Of a stretch of 64,000 nucleotides of DNA, positions 11,895 to 25,300 are shown one piece after another (within the stretch, counting starts at the first letter, position 1; every line of letters begins with the position of its first letter). Source of the DNA: Fimbriosthenelais zetlandica (Eukaryota); NCBI GenBank assembly GCA_977030845.1, contig OZ365112.1:18724001-18788000 (forward strand). The letters are read 5' to 3'. The translations under genes were made by a program, and so were the position numbers. The notes beneath the pieces were generated by a model. That model had not been told where the DNA came from, made no database searches, and saw only the letters and a program-made list of their open reading frames with translations.

Positions 11895-14800
11895 TCACAG
11901 AGCTTCTTGTTTGAGTAGACTCAGTGAGGTGGGTGGAGGAGGAGCAGGTGAGGAGGCTGGAGTGACTGTAGGAGCAGACAGCATCACCTCTTCCTTCATG
12001 CTCAGTGCCTCCACCTTTTGGCCAATGCTGGATTTGCGTACAAAAGGTTTGCCATGGAGTTTCCTCTGGTGTCGTGTCAGGTTGGTTTGGAAGGTAAAGG
12101 AAGCGCCACACAAGCCACAGATGTGGCGCTTACCAATGGCTATAGCCGGGAACTCGCCGGTCTTGATGCTCTCTACATTAGGTGGCATGGTACCTGGATC
12201 CACCTTCGGTGCTCCAGACAAGTCCAAACCCCGGGACCGATTCTCATCTTCTTTAAGCTTCTTTTTGCTTGGTTCGTTTCCCTCCCGACTTTCCTTCATA
12301 TCCAAGCTGTCCATGGTCTTCCTCTTCTTAATCAACTTGCTCCTCCACTCGTTCTCGCTACCATGTGAGTCCATCAGCTTCTGTTTGAGAGCCATCATAT
12401 TGGCTGAATTCATACCGAGAGGAGAGATATCAGTGATTCCCGCGTGGTACGTGTTCTGATCGGGCTGGTAATTCTCTGAGAGCATCAAAGGTCGTCTATC
12501 AAAGAACATGGCACTGTCTATGGGACTGGCACACCCGCTAGATGGCCTACTGCCTGGTCGGCTGCCCTCTGAGTCGCTCATACTCAGACTGACACCTTTA
12601 TTGGTGAGCATCTCCCTTAGTTTACTCGTGGTATCTGGTGGGAAGTCACGCCCCAGACGACTGAAGGGCAGGCGGCTGTACATATCCTTCTCTATGCTGT
12701 TCTCTTTGTCTTTGATTGGAGCGAAGGAGTAGGATTCACATGGAGGGGGAGGGACTGGTGTCTCATTCAACAGTTTACGAAGGTACGTCTGAGAGAGGTT
12801 TAAGATGGCACTGAAGGGGTTAGGATAATACTCTTTCCTATCATCTAGACTGGAGGAATACTTGTCTGATTTCTCCTCTGAGATCACATTACTGGTGGCT
12901 TTATTGTAGGTGTTAGTAGTTTGATGATCTTTGGTAGCTGTGAGATCTACTGCTGATCTCGACTCATGTGAAGGAGCCTTGGTCTCCACTTCCTGTAGCC
13001 GGCCATGTGAGAGGTTGAGGACTGCAGGCTGACCAACAGACGGAGAGGATGAACGCCTTTCAGCATTAAGTTTCTCCTCCTGGGTCCTCTTCTCCTGCTC
13101 CTGCTTGTATTCCTCCATGATGGCTTTTTTGGGCGGGAGTTTGACTGTATGGCTTGGTTCTCGGGTGATCACTGGATCTTTTCTCACCGGTGACTTGCGA
13201 CTGTCTTTCTCCTCTGCTGAGAGAACACGTTCTACGACATCCTGTAGGTGGTGAACACTACCACGAGCTGGCTCAATAGACGGTCCTCCCTCAGGGTAGT
13301 AGGTTGGGTGGTGAGAGGGAGGCAGACCTGCTCCTGAGAAAGATTTACCAGGCAAGATTGACGTGGTGGGGGAGGCACTCCTCTGAGATGTCAAGAGCGG
13401 TATGGCAGGATGGGTGACCGGGATGGCGGGGGAGTGCTGCGACACTCTTCCTTCATTTCCAACTTCTATAAGAAACAGATATTTATTAGTTTCTAACCAT
13501 CATACGATAGATATCATCCTTGTTATATGAGTAACGAAATAAATTCATTTTTTTAATTTCAAGTACAAAAATCTATGGACACCCACCTTGCTGCTGGGAC
13601 GGGGCCTCCTTCTTGGGATCAACCTTGTGAACGTGGCTCAGATGGCGGTACAGGTTACGCTTGGAGGCGAAATTCTGACTGCACAAACTACAGACCCACT
13701 CTGACGGCTTCCCACCGGATTTAACTGTACAAGAGAAAGATACAACAACATTTTAAATACCCAATCAGAACAAGTACTAACACTGAATATTGATAAGCTG
13801 ATGACTTAAATCAAATTAAGGTCTGGGGAATCAATCTAATAGAAATATTATTATGAGAATATTTCTTTAAAATAGAGAATATATGAAGGAAATTACCAAT
13901 ATCAGGACTGCTTGTGTCACTTCTTGAGCCCGAATCCTTGAGAGCAAGATGAGTAGTATGGATATGGCTTCTGAGAAGAGAAGCCATGGGGAAGATGTGC
14001 CCACAAATCTTACATGGGAACCTCCCCATGGCTTCCCCACTCAGGTTCAGTGGTCCACCATCTGACTCTGATAACATTTTCATTTCTGCCGTGGCCATGG
14101 CAACCATAGTACTCATGTCAGTTTCTGCAGGTCCAACAGCTGGCATGGTAATCTTGTGAACATAACTGGCATGCTTGGTCAGATTCTTGTAGCTCGAGTA
14201 TTTTTTGGTACAGAAAGAGCATTTATACGGCTTCCTGATGACACCAGAATCTTTGGAGGGTTTAAGATGGGGTGGGATGGAGTCAGCCACTCGTGGGAGG
14301 TTGGAATAGGCCTGCTCCAGGGAGGCTGGGAGGAAGGCTCCAGGGTGGTGTGACATCATGGCTGTCATACTGTGGAGGGCAGCAGGATGTGGTAGGAAAG
14401 GTGTGGCCAGGGCTGGGTCCAAACCACTGGTCAAACCAGGATTCATCATGTCAGCCATTGTGTAGTGAAACTTTGGTTTATAGCTTTTTGTTGCGTCTGG
14501 GGTGACTTCTTGCGGCTGTGGTTGCTGATGTTCTTGCTTGTGAACTTTGGGTTTACTGAGATCTATGGCACCTGAGGTGTCACTGTACACTGTGCTCCTG
14601 TCAATGCCGCGACACGTGGGCTCGTGCTTGGCCAGTTGTGTAGGAGAACCAAAAGAGGAGAGGCACAGACTGCAGGAGATTTCTTCTCTCGGAGTGATAA
14701 CAATATAGTCCTGGTCTTTACCGGGTTCAGAAAGATAAGGAGGGAGGATGTTCTTGTGAGGGGTAGTGTCTGAAGCTCCAAGGCCGGGTATGGACGGTGA

Positions 14801-16228
14801 ATAACGACCAATCTTGCCTTCAGACACCACAGATGGAGAAAATCGTCCATAATTGGACTCGGAAGTGATATTCATTTTAGATGGTAGTTTGTCTTCCACA
14901 GCATCTCTTTTATTATCCAGGAAGTGATCAGCATCCTCTGAGCTTACCGAGTGTTCACTTCTCCTGTCTGATTCATCTTTACCAAGACTGTCTCTAGTGC
15001 GGCGTCGACACGGGCGGCCATGGAAGGTCCGCTGATGCCGGGTCAGATTGGTACGAAATGTGAAGGACTTGTTACACGGGTTACAGAAATATAATTTTTG
15101 CGTACTGTTAGCAGGGGATTCCTGATCACTGGCAAGTGAGGGTGAGACAGCAGGGGAGGGAGCACGAAGGGACTGCATGGCTTTAGCTAACATAGGAGTA
15201 GCCATGGGAGAGTTACAGGCCTGACTACCTGGGGTAGTATCAGGGGTCCAGTAATCAGAACCATTAGGTACTGTAGGTGAAGGTGTAGAGTAATATTGAT
15301 CATCTGGAGCTACACCTGACCGAGCCAGATCTGCAGTGAAGATCTCCCTCTTGATGGATTCAGGTTTGGAGAGGATCTTCATACGGAAAGCATCCATTCG
15401 ATTCTCTTTATTACCACCATCGTCAAGACACTCAGTAACTGGCGCCAGCAGGTCTTTGCTCATTGCCCTTGCTCGTTGTTTGGCGTCACTTACAAACTGT
15501 CCAATGTCTTTAGAAGGAGAACCCAGAGTTTTGGGTAATTCCTCATCATACCAAAGCTTCATAGCTTGAGCAACGAATGAGTTAACAATGGTCTCAGGTG
15601 GTCCTCCTGGAGTTTTAGGCTTGGGCTCAGTTTCTAAAGAATTAAAATTCTGGTCGAGCTTTTCCCCATAGCTATGTAAGTCCATCTCCTCACTTATCTC
15701 ATGTTTCAACACCTTAGCGGGTTTTCGTCTTCGCCTCACTTTAGGTTCTGTGTTGGTTTTTGAGTCATCTGTTTCAGGTTTGAGACCAGAACCTTGTGAA
15801 GACACCTCAGAATCAGTATCTTGAGATGCTTCACTGCCTGCTGTCTCAGCCATCTTGTTCTTTTCTTCTGTTTCAGTTGTCTCCACTGAGACATGAGACT
15901 CTGTAGGATTATCAGAGCCAGAATGAGGCTTCACTGGACTCTCATCTTCAGCAATCACTAGACGGTCTGAATCACCTGTGGAGTCGAGATCAGTGGCTGA
16001 ATAGTCGCAAGCTACTGGTCCTGACTCTCTATCAGTAGAACTACCTACTGGAAGCTCAGCAGGTGTGTTCATAAGTCCACTATCCACTCTCACCTCAGGC
16101 TCCCCTACTTCCCTCATCTTCTCTGTTACAAAGTGATGACTTGACTCTTTTCCCACTTCCTCCACGCGATCCTCTGTGGCTTGTTTTTGCAGCGAAAGTT
16201 CCATTTTCTGTCCCTCAACGGTGTTCAT
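11895..16228 (-). CDS. Large (~1346 aa) transcription factor with six dispersed C2H2/C2HC zinc fingers; tentatively resembles PRDM2/RIZ finger types, no PR/SET domain found
   Basis: Exons 13897-16228, 13587-13724, 11895-13465 (4041 nt, in frame). Fingers: YFCNPCNKSFTFRTNLTRHQRTFH, ISCSLCLSSFGSPTQLAKHEPTC, YKCSFCTKKYSSYKNLTKHASYVH, FPCKICGHIFPMASLLRSHIHTTH, WVCSLCSQNFASKRNLYRHLSHVH, HICGLCGASFTFQTNLTRHQRKLH. Acidic/Ser-rich linkers and basic NLS-like stretches. Confidence 0.9.
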
Positions 16229-16311
16229 CCTGATACTGAAGCACTATTAGAGGTTAACTCATCAACGCCATTGGTTTGATCAGCAAGACTCCTGTGTCTT
16301 ACAGGGGTCAT
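16225..16311 (-). other. Upstream ORF (28 aa) whose TGA overlaps the zinc-finger ATG (ATGA)
   Basis: ATG at 16311, MTPVRHRSLADQTNGVDELTSNSASVSG, TGA at 16227-16225. It lies in the exon opened by the strong acceptor TTTTACAG|G at 16328. In-frame TAA TAG upstream of the main ATG block any extension of the main frame. Confidence 0.5.
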
Positions 16312-19300
16312 TGATGTACTCCAGATCCCTGTAAAAGAATAATAGAATCAATTTAATTATTCCGTTTTAGATTATTACAATATCTGATCTACGGTTCTGC
16401 CTACTCCATATCCCGATTCCATGTAACAAGTTCATGGTAAAAAGTTACAATTCCGGAGGCAAAAAGATATTAATTGGAAAGGAAGTAAGGCGGAAGCAAA
16501 GGTATCATTATGTGAAAATTGTTTTATGACATATGCTGCCTTAAAAAACTTCTAGCTCCAGATTTATGGGTCAGTCTGGAAGCATTCTTCCCACCGAGAC
16601 GCACATATTGACAGCTCAGACAGGTGGGGGTGAGGGGGATGAGGGAGGGTGTGTGGAGGCAGGTAATCAGGCTAATCGTATGGTAATTGATATCATAAAA
16701 TATTCCATAGGAACCGATCAACCACTGGCTATCTTCAAAACACAGAGTATCAGTACATAAACCTGATAAATAAATGTATTATCTAACGTTTTAATTCGAT
16801 CCTACATGTAATGATTCCGTGACTCCTGTTTTGTGCGCGGGGGACTATTTTAGGGAGCTAAAGCAGCATGCTTATCAAAGGAATCAGCGATGCCAACAGA
16901 AAGGGTGGGTGGGGGGAACATAGAAGGTCGGCGTCCTCCTTTTATTTTTTCACTTTTATTTTCCAATATGTAGCTAGCGCTTTAACCTGACGTCACTAGC
17001 GTCACGCCAGTGGGTGGGTAGAAGTGACAGGTGTGTATTGGCGTCAGGGAGGATAAACGCATGGGAGGCATGAGCTATTAATGCCTCGTGGCCTCATGCT
17101 AGCAAAACTGGTTTGGGACATTAAACAAAGATAGACTGCCCCGAAATTATAAAATCTAATACTAAAGTATAACGAGAAAGTATTGTAGGTAATCCACCGG
17201 TTATATATATAGGTAAATGCATGAGGGTATAACTACTTATGAATAAATCTATACCAAGTTGACATGTGTACATAAAAGGGCTCTCTGCTACAGGCGGCAT
17301 CAGATTACTCACAGAAAACTATATCCATCTTTGAGATGCATATTATATATGTCTGAGATATTTCCGCAGAAGCCTTGCCTTTTTACCCCCAAGCTACTCA
17401 ATCAATCACCTCACTAGAGTAGGGGTCTGTGTGAGTGGGTGTTTAGAGGGGATGGGGGGATGGAGGGGGGATGGAGGGGGGATGTCAGTATACACATGTG
17501 GGAGAGGATCCCTTATGGCTGAGAACCAGGACTGTTGATGCCTGGAGGGCGCTAGGACGATGGTTAGAACTCCCCCCAGGCCCAGAGACGCTGCCTTCAG
17601 GCCAAACCAAACCGCCACGCCACTATTCGTTTCACATCCTTCACAAATTTAACCAGTCCATGAAAGTAGAATAAATATTTAACCTAAATCAAAATTATCC
17701 TGAAATGACCGCCTGGTTTAGAGCCACAAATTGGTGTTATTTGTGAATAGATAAGTAAGATACTGTCACTGCTGGGAATGTCTATAAGTGAGGATTTCAT
17801 TGACACCTGGTTGCCTTTTTTCAATGATCTTCTTTGTCTAGAAACTGTCGGATGTTAATTCTGCGCCTAGGCCAGGTGTCCCTGGGAAAACGCGGCGCAG
17901 ATAGGGGAAACGCTCATATATCAAAAAAGATATATAGCCAATATGACAGATTGATGTTTAGATCAATTAACGAGGGAACTGTCACTTAAAATACAACATG
18001 GACGCTTCTAATGTCATGTAATTTGACTTTCAGGGAATTGATCGTAAAACAGTGGCTCGCCACCTTTGGCTATAAAGCCATATAGTCGTAAGCTTGTTTT
18101 TGCCATTAAAAGAATCTGAGTGTAAAGTTTACCTCTGAGATGGAGCTTTCCTGAATAAGGAGACTGAGGCTGTCAAGGTATAGAGTTATGGCTGCAATCT
18201 GACCAAACTTGAAAGCCTCTTATTTAACCAAAAGAACTTGTTTGTTAAGTTAAGATGTTACTATGACAACTCAATACATGCACTAATGAAATGTTAAGTG
18301 TAGATAACTCAGACTTGTTTTTACAGGTTGTTTTCCAATACTTTCTCGGAACGTGATATCTTAACTTAGCTCTAATCATTTCTCTGAAACAGAAGTGTCA
18401 TCCATAGGTTGGTGGTATTGTTGCCTAGGAAATGGCAAGAGATACGTGTGTAATGTACTATTGAAAGGTAGTACAATACATGTATATAGAGAAAGGAAAA
18501 CACATCAAGGTATTAATCACGTAACTATATATATACGAACGATATATATAACTTGATGAGAGTATTAATTACAAATCATATAGCTGTCAATGTATGTAAT
18601 TTATAATCTAGGAAATGAGCAGTAGTGTTATAGAAGCATAATATTCATGGGCTTTCAGCTTTTCTATGACTTGGATGTACATGTCAATCAATGGATCATA
18701 TATATGAGTACTCTCTCATTTCAATGTGTCAATATTCATATTAATTCTTACAAAAATGTCCGATATAAAATATAAATTTATTTAGATATTCGATTACAAA
18801 ATATTTATGATAAGCAACAGTAACTCGGGAGCCCCATATATGAACTAGGTGCGAATGCCATAAGAGAAGAACAAAGGAACTGGCAGCATGCTGTCAGGCA
18901 TGCAATCCCAGCATGTGAGCCCAGCCATAGTAAAAACTCAAACACAACTTGTTGACAAAGTTACTCAACTTGTCAACTTTGAGGCAACGTCTCAGACTTT
19001 GTTCTAATACTAGGGATAAAAGTTTGCCTTCATGTTCAAGCTAGCCTACCTGCATCTGAAGCTGAGGAAACCTGTGTGTATTGTGTGACATTCTTCCCCT
19101 GTCCCTGTGTCCTGACTAACTCGTGTTATAAGTTTTGATTTAGATCTTTGTTCTGGTACCCACCCATGTGGTGTGACTAGAGGGGCAACCAGGGAGGGTC
19201 CTTTGTGCTCGGGGTTCTGGGACTTAGTGCCGCAGGTGGGGGAGGGATCCCCGCTCTCCGTTCAGCACCAGTGCCCTCTATTGTTGCTACACGTGGCTTC

Positions 19301-22300
19301 TGTGAATCCACCCCTCCACTCATATACATACGTCAACAAAGAACCCCCGCCACAACTCAAGTGTTAAGCGACCCCCCAAACCCCATCCATCCCGCCCAGC
19401 CTCCCCCCTTCTCCTTCTTCCTCTTCCCTAGCAGACAGGGTCGTTGAATGATTCCCTAAACGCACACACAGCTGCCTCTTGGTGCCTGGCGGGAGTTTTG
19501 GGGGAGGGGGTGGGAAATTCATCATGACACGAGGTATATTTCAATATGTGTTCCTCATAATAAAACACATGAAACCAAACTGTTTTCTGATGTATTACTT
19601 TAAATACACATGACTCTGTGTAATCTTATCAGGACGCCAAGAAATGGGACTCTTCATGAGGGGAAGAAGGCCGTGTCCCAAACTTTTTTGTTCTGGCCAA
19701 GAATATGAGTCATCAGATGGCCTGCTGTTGTCTACCCCGCCGGGGAGATTCCTTGACTTCCATACATGAGATGATCAGAGCGTACACAAAAGACGGGGCC
19801 GTGTCATAGTGACAGACAAGTCACACAAAGAAGGCTTTTAAATGACACATCCCATACACGTCATATAGCCTCCCCTACAGGCACGACCAAACTAACTTAC
19901 ATTGTGATCCAGGAAATGAGCCTGAGTAATACCATCAAGATTATCAAGCTTCCAGAACAAATATTGCTCAACACAAACTGACTCTATGATGGCGAATTAG
20001 GCTCTACCTGTAGACAGTTTTAATTAGCAAATCACAGAATTAAAGCCATACAACGTCCCTAAATGACATTGAAACAGTAACGAAAGTAGAAAAAGACAAA
20101 AGGTGGGATTAATCGAATTAAAGAAGTGCATGAGAAATTAGTGACGGGTGAGGGAAACAATAGCCAATTAAGTTGACTATTGAGCAATGTGCGATTATAA
20201 GATGACATAATAGTAACGCCATGTCTTCCCCTTCCCCGCCACATCTATTATCCTCTTCCCGGTCCCGAGTGATGCTGAGAATGTAGTTATGTAATGGAAA
20301 GAGACTACCACTTGTCGCTACCAATATGTAGGAAATGAGGATGTGTATTGTAGTGAAAGGATAGCGCGCGCCTTTGTGGAAAATGTATATTCAACAAAAA
20401 GTGGTTAAATACTTGAAAAAACATCCATATAATGGTTACAGGTAGGCCTATATATACAGGGCCTATAAAGTCCAGGGATGCTGGCATACTCAAAGACCCA
20501 CACATCTTACTCAATCTAAATATAGGTGTATGCTTAAAATACAAGAATTGTAGATACCTGTAGAGCAGTGGCCTGGTAGAATAATCACCTGTAGGAGAAT
20601 ATGTAACCCAGCCTACCATGTGCCTGGTAAAGTTGAAGTGCTTTGTTTCTGGTTTGAGCACATGTCGGTAGAATTATTAACCTGCACCTGTCTCCCTCTC
20701 TCCTCCAACCACACAATAACGTGATGATTACTCTGCCCAGAGAACCCACCCATCCACATCAGCCAGTGCCACTGCCTCACAGACCTATTATATTGGGCCA
20801 CTATTTCCCACTCATTCTACTCACCCAGCATCCAGGCCTACTAACTTACTCCATCACCTCCAAAATATCCTAAGTCCCTGAAGGTCACGCCCAAACTAGT
20901 AACCACCTTTGCCAGGAGTTGTTCTAGGGTTGTCATGAAAAATCTGTGGCAGAAGAAATTCAAACTCTCTGCTTGCTCCATGAGAGGGGTTGCTTCCCTA
21001 CCTAACCTAGTCAACACCTGTTGCACTCAATCATAGCCACTAGTGTCAACATCCCTCATTTCCTTGTTCCTGTCACTGCCCCTATTTATGGCACCGTGTT
21101 TAGAAATATCAGAATGATATAAAGGTAAATGAAATACCTCCAGAAGTGTGGATGTTGGCTAGTATGTCCCGTGTGTTGTGAATATGTTGTCTTGTATGTG
21201 TGAGAGCTGTGTGTATTATAGCCCCCCTCGGGGATCACGCCAAGCCGGGGACCGACGCTACAGTTCCCGCGGATCGACCAGCCCTTTGTTATGCAGATGC
21301 CCCTCCTAACTGTCAAATTCCCACGTAAACAACCCCTTCTTTCTCCTGCTCCAACGCTTTGTCACCAATTTCTAACACAACCGAGGTGATCAGTACACAG
21401 AATACACCCCCATACATAAGTTATGCTTAGATCTTTGCTCTAATCCTGGAAAAAGAAGCACGTTGGTACTAGCATCTCCCTCCGATCTCTTTCTTCATGG
21501 CAAGCTGCCATATCGCCATCCCGCGCCAGCAGCCAACACAACACCAATAACACTGTGTAAAATTATCTCAAACGGGGCCCACAAAGGGATACAGAAATAA
21601 AGAATGGGATTTACCTGATCCATGTGTGTTAATGAGTACATGTGTACAGTTGGAAGGTTGTGGTAAGCTTCTATCCGGAGTAAAAAGCGAAAAGTGTTGT
21701 GAGCCCGTCGGTAGCCAACCACCACCTGATGATCGGGCCTCGTGTGAACGTGGTGAGCGAAAATAGGGGAAGCTTTCCTTTATGTGTACACAGAGCTGAG
21801 TTTTTGTTGGCGCGAAGCTGGCGGGTGGCAGGGAGATGGGAAGGTACCGTCACCACCACCCCAACACACAGCTTCATCCCTCAATGTAGATCCCAGAAAA
21901 ACTGCTTATTTCAACTGACACGGTCAGAAATGTATGAAAGATGGCTCTATTTTTCAGTGGCTTTAATCGGAGGTTGGGGATGAGTAGAGGTCAGAAGTGC
22001 ATCAGAGATAAATGAATGAATGCAGCAGAGATGCTGGGGGAAATATATACAGGGCTCCCGTTACCTGTCTCCCAACTCACAACCTCTCATTATAAAGAAC
22101 AAAGGGACCTTTCTAGTGTTTTTGACAAATAACTTCCGGAGATATGGACTGACATAGGCGCATTATGTGTTTTTCAGACTGCTGCTCAGCTGACAATGAT
22201 GGAAGTGAGGGCCAGGAATAACGTGGCTATCTTGGTCGCCACATTCTGGCCCACTTTTTGTGGTCTACTCGGATCCTCGGCTCTTGCTGCTGCTGCTGCT

Positions 22301-25300
22301 GCTGAGGCTGAGTAGTGGGTAGTCTTGCTCAAGGTCTCGTGACGGTCACTTTAGAGCACCAAGAGATATATTATTCATAATAAATTCCCTAAAACCAACA
22401 TGATTGTAGGCCTATTATATAAATTTCCTACATCATAGGTTTTATTTTGGTGTTTTTTTGGGGGAGGGGGGATTTTTTAGGTTACATAAAAAAAGCCCAT
22501 ATTTGAAATTATTCGCTTATCATAGTTATTTTGATGGTCATAACAAATAAAAAGTGGGGATTGTCATTTTGGGATTGTCAATATTTCATTGTGACCACTA
22601 CTGATCCCAACTGATCTCATATTGTGCCCTGATATCAATTAAGGTTTTCAAGAAATGATCACTTTCATATACCTATTTGGTTACCTATTTGGTTATGGTC
22701 TATAACCAGTCTATGGTGTATTGAAAAGATGCGTAGTGCTCAACAGTTCCTGCTATTACCTGGCATTCTGCTGCTGCTACATCTCCCTACTCCGACCTTC
22801 GGATCATAATAAACATGTGGTTGTAGCAGTCAAGTGCTGAAGGGTGGCCCCACGAGCTCGGGAAGGACGCTCGTGAAATATGAAAAGTAATGATAAATAC
22901 GTCTATAGGCGGGAGCGGGGGCATGTACCTGGGACTCAACCTCCCACCTTACCTGCACCCACCTGGGAATACCTGAGGGAATCAGGATCTACCGGCCCCA
23001 GTGGCCAGGAACAACCACCTTCTGGCCTCATAAAAACTCACAAAAAAATCAACTGTTGCACATACACCCTAGAGTCAGGAACTCAATATGTGAACTCGCA
23101 TTGTAAAAAAAAATCTCTCTTAAATAAATATGGTTGAAGAGTATTGAAATCCCCATCTAGTAGAATGATCTACACACGACCCACCACCCTCCCCCATCTC
23201 ATCCATCCAAGTCTATAGTGGAACCCATGGGGGCTGGAGCCTAGCATCTCAGTGGAATGCTCTCATTTTCTCAGTAACCAGCTTTGTAGCGAATGCTAAA
23301 GTAGTACTGATGCAGGTAGCACATACCAGCGCCTGATCTCCCACACTATATATAAACAAGTAAATGCTACTAGGCTAACTCTTACCTGGATACAGGTGTA
23401 TACATTTCTCATGGATCCCCCAGCATCACCTCTGTTCTATTCACCTAGATCTATGTAGGCCTCATCATCTGAAATTCAAGTATAAAACAGTCAATTATTG
23501 AAATAAAAGACATACAATTATGCGATATATTATGTATTATCTTATTTATGAAACATATTTTAAAAAAAATCAAATTATAAAGGAGATATCGACCTCCAGG
23601 CCCTTATACGGGTGATATGACACTTTCTAGATTGTAATATTAAATATTTTGTTACATAGATTAAATTTCTACTTGGGCCTTTTCCAATTTTGCTAACGCG
23701 TTTTTGTTAATTAGTTCCAAAAGTTCAAACTCTTTCGAGTCCAATTTCTGTTGGTGGGATGTCAATCAATATCCTCCTATCTGCCAGAAATAACTCTTAA
23801 CTGTTGGAATGCTATACGTGTGGTAATTTAAAAACTCCTAATACATATTTACAATCTAATATATGCCATCAAATAGCAATAAACCTTCTATTACCAGGGA
23901 AAAAACTAGAATGTCCTTTGTCTCTGATGGGTAGTGTGGAGTGCATGGCATTTTGGATCAGTCTGTAGGTAATATTATTGGAGGTCTGGGGTTGTGGTTG
24001 GTGACTGTGGTTAGCGTGGTTTTTGGTCGCCCTGCCTCTGGGTACAGAGTGCCCCCAGCGGCAGGTGGGCTCGGCTGACCCTTTCCCTATTGGTCTCTCC
24101 CCAAGATCAGATCTGGGGGAGTCGGGAAACGCGGGCTGAAGGAGGGAAGAGATGGGAGGGGGAAAAGTGGAAGAGCAGTAGAGGGTCGGGAGGTGCATAC
24201 ATGGAATCACCAGTCATCAACAGCCAATCCCTTTTGTCCAAAGCATGAACGAGTCCTTGGCATTTAAATGTGACTTGCTAGCCAAAAACATATTCCGGAT
24301 AAAATCATTTATGAGAAATATAGGTAAAAAACTAAATAAAATTACAAAGAGCTACCGTGCTTTATGGATGCAAAAGATGGGATTCAAATCCCAACCGATT
24401 TCATTAGCCAAAAAATCAAAGCACCTGTTAGCTGTCAATAAAATGTCACTTTTGTAAAGAGTGACGTAATAGCGTCAGGGAGCACGCGGCACAATGAATA
24501 AGCAGACGACAATCAGTCGCGCTGATCCCCATCAAGCAACTTATTTGGAGCTACCAGTGTTTAGCCATGTGTTGAGGTTGAATGTGTGTACGTTTTCTGG
24601 TCTCAGAGAACCCCCTCCCTCTATCCCCCCCCCCCCCCTGCACCCCCTCCCTCCCACGCGGCGTGTCATACTCTCCCACCCCACACCCAGAAAACACCTG
24701 GCAATGCCCGCCAAATATATGACACGCGAGATTTCTTTGTCGATAGCAGACGTCGGAAGTCTCAAAATGTCACCTGGATATCCCAGCATAAATGATCAGG
24801 GAAAGTTGGTGTCTCTTCATTCGAGATAGAATATTAAATAGAAAGTTAGTCACCCTGGCTTTGAGGAAGAGGAAAGTTTGTGTTTGTTTGGAAGTCTTGG
24901 AAGAGTGTGTTGGAGTAGATGGGAGGGGGGGGGGGGGGGGGGCAGCGTCTGAATCAGTGATGGAGTGGCCACCTTGAGTATACGCTTGGACAATGAATGG
25001 AACGCTGGTGACATGCGTTGCCTAGGATACTAGAGAGAGTTGGGTTGGCCATACACCGAGATGACCCCTACTCCCCGCTGAGACGCGAGGCTCCCTACCC
25101 CCATAACCCATTTCCATTACTACATTCACTAACACAAAAGTCAATTAGTGAATTAATCCAAAATAAATTCCAACGACAATCATTAAAACACATAATTGTT
25201 TTAACATCAATTAATATATATACATTCAGTTGCTTGGGTCTGAATAAATAAAATATCATTGCCATCGCGGTGTAATGCACTCTTTGACATTGCGGGGGTC

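Noticed and set aside
11878-15569. Long plus-strand ORFs (up to 182 aa) opposite the zinc-finger exons
   Set aside because: Antisense shadows of a GC-richer coding region, with no splice or domain support. The same applies to ORFs opposite SLC45, GTSF1 and FRRS1.
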